The notes beneath the pieces are model-generated. The model was given only the letters and a program-made list of their open reading frames with translations, made no database searches and had not been told where the DNA came from. From Clostridia bacterium (GTDB lineage: Bacteria; CBDUZB01; JAGLHV01), in assembly GCA_030637025.1 (NCBI GenBank), contig DAOVVV010000009.1:268-64267 (forward strand): 64,000 nt of DNA. The letters run 5' to 3'. Positions 1-9,616 of this stretch are shown piece after piece (the first letter of the stretch is position 1; each line of letters starts with the position of its first letter). The translations under genes were made by a program, and so were the position numbers.

Positions 1-228
1 TAACTGAGCCGCATGATGATTAACCAGCTCAATTTTCTCCCTCTGAAAAATATCAGCTAAAGATGTATCCTGTATGTCCATCTTATAAAATTTAGCCTGT
101 TTATTAATATTCTCTTTCTTCCCGGAAGACAAATCATCCACAATTACTACTTCATCCCCTCTGGCAAGGTAAGCATCCACCAAGTGTGACCCAATAAATC
201 CCGCCCCTCCGGTTACCAAAACTTTCAT
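1..228 (-). CDS. NAD-dependent epimerase/dehydratase (GalE-like), N-terminal part; runs off the window edge
   Basis: Not in ORF track. Manual translation [36 protein letters not shown] has the GGAGFIG Rossmann motif; GGAGGGG RBS upstream. Confidence 0.9.
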   Translation of the reverse strand, partial: MKVLVTGGAGFIGSHLVDAYLARGDEVVIVDDLSSGKKENINKQAKFYKMDIQDTSLADIFQREKIELVNHHAAQL

Positions 229-264
229 TAATTCCCCTCCCCAATCCTTAATTAATTTTGTTTG

Positions 265-1635
265 TTAATACGCTCCGTCAGCTAATAGTACCACCGGAAT
301 AGTTTTTAGTAATATTTTTAAATCAAAAATAAACGACCAGTTTTCCAAATAAAAAATATCCAAACGAATCATTTCTTCATAACTTAAATCACTTCTTCCG
401 CTAATTTGCCATAAACCGGTAATCCCGGGTAAAACCCGCAGCCGCTTTTTTGCCCACTCATCATAATGAGATGCCTCCCAGAGTACCTGCGGACGGGGAC
501 CTACCAAACTCATATCTCCGCGCAAAACATTAATTACTTGCGGTAATTCATCCAGACTATACCGTCTTAAGATTTTTCCGCAAAAGGTAATACGAGGGTC
601 ATTTTTCATTTTAAACACGGGACCCTGCCGTTCACTTAAGTGTTTTATTTTTTCTAAAATTAAATCCGCATCCTGAACCATTGTTCTAAATTTGAAAAAT
701 GGAAACATTTTTTCTTTATGACCTAAGCGAGGCTGGCAATACAAAATAGGCCCGGGGGTATCCAATTTTATCATAATAATAATAATTAGTAAAGGAACAA
801 AAAATATAGACAAGACTAAAATAGAAATTAAAATATCTAAACACCGTTTAATAAAAAAATTTATACCATGCAATGAAATAGGTTTTAATTGAATTAAAGG
901 AAGCCCTAAATAATCATCAATAATTACTTCTCCCATCCGTAATTCCACTAAATCAGGTACAAATTTAAAATCCAGATTTAAGTTTTCACACTGCCGGGAA
1001 ATATTTAATATTTCCGTATGAACAGTGGGAAATTTTCCTACAATAACTTCTGCAATTTTATTTTTTTCTACAAAATTACTTAATTTTTCCCCTTCTATTA
1101 AATCAGTAAAATAATATTCACTTTTTTGTTTTTCCAATATCTTTTTAAGCTGGTCAAAAATCTTACCTTCTCCCATTATTAATGTCTTTTGGGAAGTAAA
1201 AAAATTTTTATCTAAACTTTTTTCCAAAATCCTTACTATCCAGCGTGAAAAAGAAAGGGAAAAAAGACTAAACAACCAGGCATAAGCAATAACCATACGG
1301 GAATATGAGAAATTACGATATAAAAATGTCCCGGCCATAATTACTATTGTCCCTATGCTGACAGCCAAAAACGACCGTAAAAATTCATCAAAACTATCTT
1401 TTCTCTTTTTATAATTATACAATCCATAATGCATAAAAATTAAAATCCAAATTAAAATAACAAAAGGGAGTGCTTGTTGGTAGGCAAAAAGCGAAGGAGT
1501 ACCTTTAGTTACCGGTACTATCTTAATACTAAACCTCACCCAATAAGCTAAAATAAAAGAAAAATAAATCAAAATAATATCGACTGCTACAAGCAAACCA
1601 GTAAAAAATATAATCTTTTCCCGTTTTTTAAGCAC
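265..1635 (-). CDS. Priming polyprenyl-phosphate glycosylphosphotransferase (WcaJ/CpsE-like sugar transferase)
   Basis: N-terminal TM helices; C-terminal FKFRTM, SLDELPQ, GDMSLVGPRP, PGITGLWQISGR motifs. Confidence 0.93.
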   Translation of the reverse strand: MLKKREKIIFFTGLLVAVDIILIYFSFILAYWVRFSIKIVPVTKGTPSLFAYQQALPFVILIWILIFMHYGLYNYKKRKDSFDEFLRSFLAVSIGTIVIMAGTFLYRNFSYSRMVIAYAWLFSLFSLSFSRWIVRILEKSLDKNFFTSQKTLIMGEGKIFDQLKKILEKQKSEYYFTDLIEGEKLSNFVEKNKIAEVIVGKFPTVHTEILNISRQCENLNLDFKFVPDLVELRMGEVIIDDYLGLPLIQLKPISLHGINFFIKRCLDILISILVLSIFFVPLLIIIIMIKLDTPGPILYCQPRLGHKEKMFPFFKFRTMVQDADLILEKIKHLSERQGPVFKMKNDPRITFCGKILRRYSLDELPQVINVLRGDMSLVGPRPQVLWEASHYDEWAKKRLRVLPGITGLWQISGRSDLSYEEMIRLDIFYLENWSFIFDLKILLKTIPVVLLADGAY

Positions 1636-1702
1636 TTTTAAACATCCTTAATATTAATAAATTTTAACTATTTCAAAGACTCCAATAATAATAATACAGA
1701 AA

Positions 1703-1731
1703 ATTCTAACAAATTTTCGACTAAAAAGCAA
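1703..1731 (-). promoter_or_regulatory. Putative sigma70 promoter for the sugar transferase
   Basis: Minus strand TTGCTT-N17-TAGAAT with TG extended -10. Confidence 0.5.
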
Positions 1732-1759
1732 ATATTAAAAATTTAAATTACTTTACGCC

Positions 1760-2866
1760 TTAAGCAAATTTCTTCTCTTTTGTTTTTTCATCTATAAATT
1801 CTTTAATTTCTTTTTTAAATCTTTCTCTTCCGAATTTTTGTGCACAACGACAAATAGACTTAGAATCAAAACCCTTTTCTATCTCTATAAATTTTCTTAT
1901 GCCTTCTATCAACCCCAAAGCAGTTTGTGGATGAAAAAAAATACCGGTTTTCTCATTAATTACTGTTTCCAGAACTCCACCCTTAGCATAAGCAATCACC
2001 GGCCTACCGGCAGCCATTGCCTCTACAGGAACAATACCAAAATCCTCTTCCCCTGGAAAAATAAGAGCTTTACTCCTGCAATAATAATCTTCCAGTTCTT
2101 CATCCGACTTCCAACCTAAAAATTCGATATTAGATTTAGCAATTTTTTTTAATCTTTTTTCTTCCTGTCCGACTCCGATAATTTTCAGAGAATAACCTAA
2201 AACATTAAATGCTTCTATAGCTAAATCTATCCTTTTATAAGGAGCAAAAGCAGAAACAATGAGATAAAAATCCTCTGCTATCCGATCATTGTTAAATTTG
2301 GCAACATCCACAGGAGGATAAATAACTGCGGACTCACGATGATAATGGTGTTCAATCCTTTTCCCTACATTTTTAGAATTAGCAATGAAATAGTCTACCC
2401 GGGAAACAGTAAGAATATCCCATTTCCTTAAATAAGAAACAAAAACAGACATAACTATTCTAACCAGAATATTAGATTTTTTCTTTCCAAAATACTGGTC
2501 ATACATATCCCAGATATACCGCATAGGAGTATGGCAATAACAAATATGCAAACTATCTCTTTTTACTTTAACCCCCTTGGCTACGCAATGGCTTGAAGAA
2601 ACAACTAAGTCATAATTATTTAAATTAAACTGCTCAATAGCTTTAGGCATTAGCGACAAATAATAACGGTATTTTTTTTTAACCGCGGGTAATTTTTGGA
2701 TAAACGAAGTAAAAATTTTGTGGCCTTCAATCACAGGGGAAACACTCCCCTTTATATGCACCAGGGTATAAATATCCGCATCGGGGAAAATCTCACAAAG
2801 AGATTCTAATACCTTCTCCCCCCCTCGCATCCCGGTAAGCCAATCATGTACTAATGCAACTTTCAT
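1760..2866 (-). CDS. Glycosyltransferase family 4 (WbaZ-like mannosyltransferase)
   Basis: MKVALVHDWLTGMRGGEKVL start; EDFGIVPVEAMAAG motif. Start moved to ATG 2866 because the longer ORF runs into a repeat. Confidence 0.9.
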   Translation of the reverse strand: MKVALVHDWLTGMRGGEKVLESLCEIFPDADIYTLVHIKGSVSPVIEGHKIFTSFIQKLPAVKKKYRYYLSLMPKAIEQFNLNNYDLVVSSSHCVAKGVKVKRDSLHICYCHTPMRYIWDMYDQYFGKKKSNILVRIVMSVFVSYLRKWDILTVSRVDYFIANSKNVGKRIEHHYHRESAVIYPPVDVAKFNNDRIAEDFYLIVSAFAPYKRIDLAIEAFNVLGYSLKIIGVGQEEKRLKKIAKSNIEFLGWKSDEELEDYYCRSKALIFPGEEDFGIVPVEAMAAGRPVIAYAKGGVLETVINEKTGIFFHPQTALGLIEGIRKFIEIEKGFDSKSICRCAQKFGRERFKKEIKEFIDEKTKEKKFA

Positions 2867-2905
2867 TATTGTATCCTTTTCAATAATATCATTTAACGGC
2901 AAAAT

Positions 2906-3167
2906 GAACCTCACCGTAGCAAGCTACGGGGGGTCAATCAATGTCATTCCTGCAAAAACAGGAGTCTATTCCTGTAGATTCCCGCTTTGCAAACTTTGTC
3001 ATAATTCTACTTTAGGTAGCCGCAGGCTTTAGCCTGCGTAATTTTTCCGACGATAACGAAACCTTCCTCCAAAGACGGACAAGAAAGGTTGCAACTACCT
3101 CATAAAAATATGAGTTATGACACAGTGTATTCGCAGGACTGACGCAGCAAGCTGAGGGAATTAGACA
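2906..3167. mobile_element. Nested cluster of non-autonomous palindromic elements (REP doublets, MITE-like ends, micro-insert)
   Basis: ccgtagcaagctacgg hairpin 2914-2929; gtcattcctgc arm 2943-2968; ends actttgtcataa 2993-3004 / ttatgacacagt 3115-3126; GTAG-REP doublet 3016-3098; 19-nt insert 3065-3083. Confidence 0.8.
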
Positions 3168-4148
3168 CTAAGCCCCTGACCTTTTAATTTCCTTTAAATC
3201 TGAATCAACCATCATTTTAACTAATTCTTTAAAATTAACTTTTGGATACCAACCTAATATTTTATTTGCCTTACTATAATCTCCTATAAGTTGATTAACC
3301 TCTGCCGGGCGATAAAACTTTTCGTCAATAATTACATATTTTTTCCAATTTAAATCAACATAACTAAATGCCAATTCTACAAATTCTTCAACCGAATGTG
3401 TTTCGTTTGTAGCAATCACATAATCATCACACTTTTCCTGCTGAAGCATAATCCACATTGCCTCAACATAATCTCCGGCATAACCCCAATCTCTCTTTGC
3501 TTCCAGGTTCCCTAACTTTAACTCCTTTTCTAATCCTAATTTAATTTTAGCTACAGTATTAGTTATTTTCCTGGTAACAAATTCAAATCCCCTCCGTGGG
3601 GATTCATGATTGAAAAGAATCCCACTACAGGAAAAAAGGCCATACGCTTCACGATAATTTCGAGTTAAATCAAACCCTGCAACCTTAGATATTCCGTAAG
3701 GAGAACGGGGATGAAAAGGCGTATCTTCCTTTTGAGGAATTTCTTTTACTTTACCAAACATCTCACTTGAAGCAGCAAAGTAAAACTTGCATTTTGGTGT
3801 TTTTTTCCTAATTGCCGATAAAACATGAAGGGTCCCATTTATATTAGTATCTATTGTAGAAAATTCATCGTCAAAAGAATAACTAACAAAACTCTGTGCA
3901 GCTAAGTGATAACATTCATCCGGCTTTACTTTTTCAACGACATTAAACACGCTGGCATAGCTTTCTAAAGAACCGGAATGTAAAATAATCTTATCTAACA
4001 GATGCTTTATCCTCCAAAGCCGGTGCTCAGGATCTTCAAGTGCTACACGCCTCACTAAGCCATTAACCTCGTAACCTTTTTTCAGAAGAAGTTCTGCCAA
4101 ATATGAACCATCCTGCCCTGTTATTCCGGTAATTAAAGCTTTCTTCAT
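3168..4148 (-). CDS. gmd: GDP-mannose 4,6-dehydratase
   Basis: ALITGITGQDGSYLAE, PRSPYG, FNHESPRRG, RDWGYAGDYV motifs. Confidence 0.97.
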   Translation of the reverse strand: MKKALITGITGQDGSYLAELLLKKGYEVNGLVRRVALEDPEHRLWRIKHLLDKIILHSGSLESYASVFNVVEKVKPDECYHLAAQSFVSYSFDDEFSTIDTNINGTLHVLSAIRKKTPKCKFYFAASSEMFGKVKEIPQKEDTPFHPRSPYGISKVAGFDLTRNYREAYGLFSCSGILFNHESPRRGFEFVTRKITNTVAKIKLGLEKELKLGNLEAKRDWGYAGDYVEAMWIMLQQEKCDDYVIATNETHSVEEFVELAFSYVDLNWKKYVIIDEKFYRPAEVNQLIGDYSKANKILGWYPKVNFKELVKMMVDSDLKEIKRSGA

Positions 4149-4184
4149 CGTCTTCTCTCCTTTTTAAATTTCTTATATTTTTAT

Positions 4185-4922
4185 TCAACAAACATCCCTA
4201 TTCTTTCTTTTAAAATACTTTTCAAATCTTAAACTAAATAATTTAGGAAAAAATTTAAATAATTCTTTAGCTGCTTTGAAAATTACCTTTAAATTTGCTC
4301 CCGTCGATTTACCTCCAAAACGGGAAAAATGATCCACCCCTATTTCTCTAATGCGATAACCTTTACTTTTAATCTTCACTAAAATCTCTGCACTGGCTAA
4401 AGCACCCTGTGCTTCTATCTCTATATCATCAATAACTTTTTTTCGAAATAATTTAAACCCACAATCAACATCCCTTACTTTTAATCCAAAAAACAACCTG
4501 ATTACCAAACCATAAATTTTAGCATTTACCAAACGATAAAAAGCATCTTTTCTCTTCCTGCGATATCCGATAATCACCTCTGCATCCCCGATTAAAGGCA
4601 ACATTTCCCTTATTTGGCTAAAATCAAATTGTCCGTCAGCATCAGTAAAACAAATTAAATCATAGCGGGCATTTTTTAATCCTGTCCTTAAAACCGCTCC
4701 ATATCCCTTATTCTGTGGGTGTTGAATTAGTTTTATTCTTTTATCCTCATTAATCAATCTTTTTACTATTTTTTCCGTTTGGTCCCGGCTTCCGTCATCA
4801 ACTACAATTATCTCGAAAGTGTCAGTCAAACTCTTCAAAACCTTCAAGGCTTTTCTTATCGTTACCTCAATATTATCCTCTTCATTATAACAAGGAAAAA
4901 ACAAAGAAATATTATAATTCAT
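4185..4922 (-). CDS. Glycosyltransferase family 2 (polyprenol-phosphate glycosyltransferase, DPM/GtrB-like)
   Basis: PCYNEE, VDDGSRD, NKGYG, DADGQ, DVDCGFKL motifs. Confidence 0.9.
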   Translation of the reverse strand: MNYNISLFFPCYNEEDNIEVTIRKALKVLKSLTDTFEIIVVDDGSRDQTEKIVKRLINEDKRIKLIQHPQNKGYGAVLRTGLKNARYDLICFTDADGQFDFSQIREMLPLIGDAEVIIGYRRKRKDAFYRLVNAKIYGLVIRLFFGLKVRDVDCGFKLFRKKVIDDIEIEAQGALASAEILVKIKSKGYRIREIGVDHFSRFGGKSTGANLKVIFKAAKELFKFFPKLFSLRFEKYFKRKNRDVC

Positions 4923-7200
4923 ATAAAACCCTTTCTGCTTTTATGATTAATTTTTCATTTTCTATTGTTTCCAACACATTAATCATTGTCTCTACCGGCC
5001 AATCTGCAGTGGGCAGAAGAGAAAAATTCTGATTGGTACTGGAAGCATAGATAAAATGCGGTATCCGAAAAAATCCGCATTTTATTTTATCTATTTGAGT
5101 ATAAAAATATTTATTCTTCGAATCTAATTTAATTTCCCCTTTAATTACTGTTTTAAAATACCGGTTCAAAATTCTTAATTTACCTGTTATCTCCAAAGAA
5201 ACTATCGAGGAAAAACTTTTTTTAACCGGTTTATTCTGAAACTTAATCTGCACATCTTTTATCCCCGGTACTTTTTCATAAATAAATTTCTCTAAAGATT
5301 GGCTGGAAATAATTACTTCCGGTTTAATTTTTTCTAAACTTAAAATCACTAATTTTTTTTCTAACCACATCTTATAAAGGTTAATATGAATATCATCCAG
5401 TTCAACCCTCATTTCTGTTGCTTCGATTCCTTCTATATTTAATAATTTACCTGTAATAATAATTTTTTCAAAATGCCCTTTTAATGATTCTTCATCGTTA
5501 TAAGGAACAATCCGCACCTGAAAATTTTCTGAAGTTAAAATACCGGCTAAAAAGAATGATTCTTTTATCTTTTCTCCTAATTTAGATAAACTAAATTCTT
5601 CTTTCAATTCCCATGCAGGCAATGCCTCCCTTTTATATACAATCGCTTCAGAACCATCAGGCAAAGGAAAAGTTTTCCTGACAGTAAAAACTTTGTTAAA
5701 GGAAAAGAATTGCTTTTCTATCTCCCTTAGAGGTTTTAAATATCTACCTGTAGTATAAGCGGGCCCTAAATTCCCGGTTTTTAAAATAAGATAATCACTA
5801 AATTCCCCTAATGGTTTGCTATATCCTTTAGGCATTATCGGTAAATGATTAGACAGAGTATAAAACCTAAAAATCGAACTGGAAAAAGCTTTATGATTAA
5901 CAAAAACCCTGGCAATAATAAGATTCTTTTTTCCCTTATTTGTTTGCATTATAAAATCAAAAATTTCTTTATGTTTCCAGTTTTCCCGGCAAGGCGGATA
6001 AGATAAACTCAAGTGCAATTTATTAAAGGGTACGATACCAGGAAAAACACCATAAGTAAAAATAACATATTGGAATAACCCTATTATTATTACACTATAG
6101 ATTAACCTCTTTTGCCAAATTACTTTTTTTAAAGCAGGAATCCAAAAAACAGAAATAATACTAACCGCAGGTAAAAACGGCAGAGTATATCTTCCATCCT
6201 TATTTCCTATTAAAGTAAAAATAAAATAAGGAACAACTATCCACCCAATCAGTATTATCAAATTATCTCTCTTTTGATAATTTATTTTCCATTCCTTTAC
6301 CAATTTTATTGTTCCTACTAAAAAAAGAATAAAAAATAAAAATTGTACCTGCTTTTCTAAATTACGGAAATAAAATAAAAAAGAACCCAGGGATAAAAAA
6401 TAAGGATCTCCTTCAGCCGTACCGATAGTAGCCGCCTGAATACACCGTTGAATTATAGGCAGCAAATTATATAAATACCACGGACCGGCAATAATAAAAA
6501 AAGAAAACAGCACAAATAAAAAATTTTTTATTCCTTTTTTATCTATTTCTTTAATTGCTTTAAATACAGCAAAAGAAACCGGAAAAAATATAAAAAACAA
6601 ATAAGTCCATTTAACCAGTAAACCTATGCCGGAAACTACGCCAAAAGCAATTGCATATTTTTTTTCTTTAAAATATCTGCTCCGCAACAGAAAATATACT
6701 GCCCACGTTACCACGGTAGTAAGGGGTAAATCCAAAAGAGGAAAACGGGACATATAAATTATACTCTGATACATCGAGACTAAAAAAGCAGCCAGCATTC
6801 CTACTTTACGGCAATAAAGAAAACTTCCCAGCTTATAAACTCCGATAATTAAAAAAGCAAAATACCCAACCAAACTCATTGTTGCCCAATCAGCAGAAAT
6901 ACCAAATAAAAGGTGAACAGGAATTAAAGAAAGATGAAAAAAAGGAGGATAATAATACGACACCTTTATCAGATTTAAAACTAAGTCTCTGGTGGGATGA
7001 AGCAATAATTCTAAATAACGTAAACTTAAACAGAGATGTGCAGACTCATCCCAGGCAGGAGGACAAGTATCCCTGATTAACCATATCGCATTATTTATCA
7101 GATGGAATAAAATAAGTCCACTCAAGAATAAATAATCAAAAAACATATTCTTCTTTTGTGATATCTCCTCTACATATTCTTTTAAATTAATTTTATACAT
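4912..7200 (-). CDS. Multi-pass GT-C glycosyltransferase (ArnT/PMT-like) with a C-terminal soluble domain resembling DUF2993/LmeA
   Basis: PAWDESAH early loop, YYPPFF, about 11 TM segments, NKDGRY motif; beta-rich C-terminal ~230 aa. Confidence 0.75.
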   Translation of the reverse strand: MYKINLKEYVEEISQKKNMFFDYLFLSGLILFHLINNAIWLIRDTCPPAWDESAHLCLSLRYLELLLHPTRDLVLNLIKVSYYYPPFFHLSLIPVHLLFGISADWATMSLVGYFAFLIIGVYKLGSFLYCRKVGMLAAFLVSMYQSIIYMSRFPLLDLPLTTVVTWAVYFLLRSRYFKEKKYAIAFGVVSGIGLLVKWTYLFFIFFPVSFAVFKAIKEIDKKGIKNFLFVLFSFFIIAGPWYLYNLLPIIQRCIQAATIGTAEGDPYFLSLGSFLFYFRNLEKQVQFLFFILFLVGTIKLVKEWKINYQKRDNLIILIGWIVVPYFIFTLIGNKDGRYTLPFLPAVSIISVFWIPALKKVIWQKRLIYSVIIIGLFQYVIFTYGVFPGIVPFNKLHLSLSYPPCRENWKHKEIFDFIMQTNKGKKNLIIARVFVNHKAFSSSIFRFYTLSNHLPIMPKGYSKPLGEFSDYLILKTGNLGPAYTTGRYLKPLREIEKQFFSFNKVFTVRKTFPLPDGSEAIVYKREALPAWELKEEFSLSKLGEKIKESFFLAGILTSENFQVRIVPYNDEESLKGHFEKIIITGKLLNIEGIEATEMRVELDDIHINLYKMWLEKKLVILSLEKIKPEVIISSQSLEKFIYEKVPGIKDVQIKFQNKPVKKSFSSIVSLEITGKLRILNRYFKTVIKGEIKLDSKNKYFYTQIDKIKCGFFRIPHFIYASSTNQNFSLLPTADWPVETMINVLETIENEKLIIKAERVLYEL

Positions 7201-7204
7201 TGTT

Positions 7205-7360
7205 TTATTTTTCTGCTTCCTCCACTAACATTATAGGTATTCCATCTTTAATCGGATATTTCCTTCCACACTCCGTGCATATAATTTTATCATCTTTTAG
7301 TTCTACACTTTTTTTACAAGCCGGACAGGCTAAAATTTCCAGCAATTCTTTATCTATCAT
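7205..7360 (-). CDS. Trm112/YcaR-family small zinc-knuckle protein (51 aa)
   Basis: Missed by ORF track. MIDKELLEILACPACKKSVELKDDKIICTECGRKYPIKDGIPIMLVEEAEK; GGAG RBS upstream. Confidence 0.92.
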   Translation of the reverse strand: MIDKELLEILACPACKKSVELKDDKIICTECGRKYPIKDGIPIMLVEEAEK

Positions 7361-7395
7361 CTTTCGCTCCTATTATTTATAGCGTTCGTAACTCC

Positions 7396-9408
7396 TTATC
7401 CTACTTCCTCATAGATTTTACGGGTCTGATAAGCTGCCTTTTCCCAGGAAAAGACTTTAGCTTGTTTAAGGCCTTGTTTAATCATTTTTTCTCTAAGGTC
7501 ATTATTTGACAAAACTTCATACATAGCTTCGGTTAAAGCATCCACATCATTTGGATCCACTATAATACCCGCTTTTCCAACCACTTCCGGTAAAGAAGCA
7601 GCCTTCGAACTAACTACCGGCACCCCACAAGCCATTGCTTCTAAAGGCGGAATACCAAATCCTTCATAAAAAGACGGAAAAACAAACAAATCAGATGCAT
7701 TATAAAACAATGGTAATTCACTTGAAGAAACATAACCGGTAAAAATCACCTCTTTTTCTATATTTAATTCTTTTACCAGACTATATATGTCAGGATAACG
7801 GGGATCTTTTTTTCCTACAATGACTAAACAACAATCCATTTGTTTGTTTTTTCGCAAATTAGCAAAGGCATAAATTAACCCGGTAATGTTTTTAGAAGGA
7901 TCCTGTCTCCCAACATAAAGAATACGTTTTTTAACCGGCAAAGAAAAAGATAAATTATATTCTTTACGCGGATAAAATTCATTTCCTACTCCGACATAAA
8001 CCATTGCTGTTTTTTTGCTAAAACCAGGAAACGCTTGTATAATATCACGGAAAGTTGCTTTAGAACAAGCAATTATTTTATCTGCCCGCTTTAAAATTAA
8101 AGCAACGATAAATCTATAGAATGAATAATATTTTGTTGTTTTCTTTCCCGGACAAAGATGCGGATAAAGATAAGGAATCAAGTCATAAACATTAATAATT
8201 GTCTTGTGTCCAAATGATAGAAACGGAATTGTAAAAAAAGGCAAATGCAAGACACTAATCTTTTTCCACCACAAAAACACCGGCAACCATATATAATTTT
8301 TCCAGGAAGTTGAACTATACGGTATTAAATGAAAAGAAAAATTTTTTCCTGTATTCAATTTGCATTTTTCTTTAATTTCCTTTTTTAAATTAGTATTATT
8401 AACTAATAATAGGTATTCATTATGGATATCAACCTTTGATAAATTTGTTACCAAGTTTAAAATATATTGTCTAATTCCTCCCGTATCAACAGCAATCCAA
8501 CGCATATCAATCGCAATACGAAAAACTCTCTTTCCAAATCGTCTGCAATGATAATCATATACCGCCTGAAAAATACAATTCCAATTCTTTTTCTTAACCA
8601 TCAAATATATAAAATTTTTTATTATAACGAAGGGGAAAACAAAAACCAGAAAAACCCAATGCTCAAACCGGTGTGCATGTTTTTGTAACAATAATAACCG
8701 ATTACGAATACCATAATAAATACTCTGAACTGAAGACTTTCCAAGGCTGGAAGATATTTTATGCCACACTCTCGCCTGAGGAACGAACATTAATCGATAA
8801 CCGGCTTTTCTTGCACGAAGAGACCAATCAACATCTTCATAGTAAAGAAAAAATCTATTATCCAATAATCCAATTTTTTCTATTACTTCTTTTTTTATTA
8901 AAAGAGCACAACCGGAAATATAATCACTTTGTTTAACTTTCTCTAATTTCCCTTTATCAACAACACCCTCCCCAATATGGACAGGACGCCACCATCGAAT
9001 TTTTCCACCTCCAAACCAAACTTTATCCAACGGATTTTGATAATAAATTTTCGGACCGGCCATTCCTATTTTTTTATTACTTTCGATAACCTTGACCAAT
9101 TCTTTTAATAAAGAGCTCTCTACAATCGTATCATTGTTTAATAATAAAATATAATCTGCACCGCAATTTAGAGCATATTTTATTCCAACATTGTTACCTC
9201 CGGCAAAACCTAAATTTTCTTTGTTTACAATTAATTCTACCCATGGATACTTTTGTGTAATTAAACATACTTCCTGTTTATCTTCAGAACCATTATCTAC
9301 TATAACGACTTTAAACAAAGAATAATCCAGTTTCTCCAATGATTTTAAACATTCCAATGTATCTTTAAGGCCATTCCAATTTAAAATAACAATATAAACT
9401 TTTTTCAT
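7396..9408 (-). CDS. Bifunctional glycosyltransferase, GT2 (N-terminal) fused to GT4 (C-terminal)
   Basis: ILNWNG, ENLGFAGGNN, LLNNDT, FLYYEDVD in the N-half; EGFGIPPLEAMACG in the C-half. Confidence 0.9.
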   Translation of the reverse strand: MKKVYIVILNWNGLKDTLECLKSLEKLDYSLFKVVIVDNGSEDKQEVCLITQKYPWVELIVNKENLGFAGGNNVGIKYALNCGADYILLLNNDTIVESSLLKELVKVIESNKKIGMAGPKIYYQNPLDKVWFGGGKIRWWRPVHIGEGVVDKGKLEKVKQSDYISGCALLIKKEVIEKIGLLDNRFFLYYEDVDWSLRARKAGYRLMFVPQARVWHKISSSLGKSSVQSIYYGIRNRLLLLQKHAHRFEHWVFLVFVFPFVIIKNFIYLMVKKKNWNCIFQAVYDYHCRRFGKRVFRIAIDMRWIAVDTGGIRQYILNLVTNLSKVDIHNEYLLLVNNTNLKKEIKEKCKLNTGKNFSFHLIPYSSTSWKNYIWLPVFLWWKKISVLHLPFFTIPFLSFGHKTIINVYDLIPYLYPHLCPGKKTTKYYSFYRFIVALILKRADKIIACSKATFRDIIQAFPGFSKKTAMVYVGVGNEFYPRKEYNLSFSLPVKKRILYVGRQDPSKNITGLIYAFANLRKNKQMDCCLVIVGKKDPRYPDIYSLVKELNIEKEVIFTGYVSSSELPLFYNASDLFVFPSFYEGFGIPPLEAMACGVPVVSSKAASLPEVVGKAGIIVDPNDVDALTEAMYEVLSNNDLREKMIKQGLKQAKVFSWEKAAYQTRKIYEEVG

Positions 9409-9484
9409 TATCAGTATTACCTTTTTCCTCACTATAAATCCTTAAGATAAAATGTCTGTCATCGCCCCATTCTTTAGGACAAAT

Positions 9485-9616
9485 TAGAGTTCTGCAAAAT
9501 AGACTAAAATACACCCTGTCATTCCCCTACTTGACAGGGGAATCCAGTAAAATTAATGTGTTTGGATTGTCCGATCAAGTCGAACAATGACATTTTTCTT
9601 GTTTTGCATAACTCTA
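9485..9616. mobile_element. MITE-like element with TIRs carrying an internal REP doublet
   Basis: TIRs agagttctgcaaaa / ttttgcataactct (13/14); flanking near-direct repeat taggacaaat 9475-9484 / tgggacaaat 9617-9626; internal gtcattcccct...ggggaatcc and ggattgtccgatcaagtcgaacaatgac. Confidence 0.8.
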
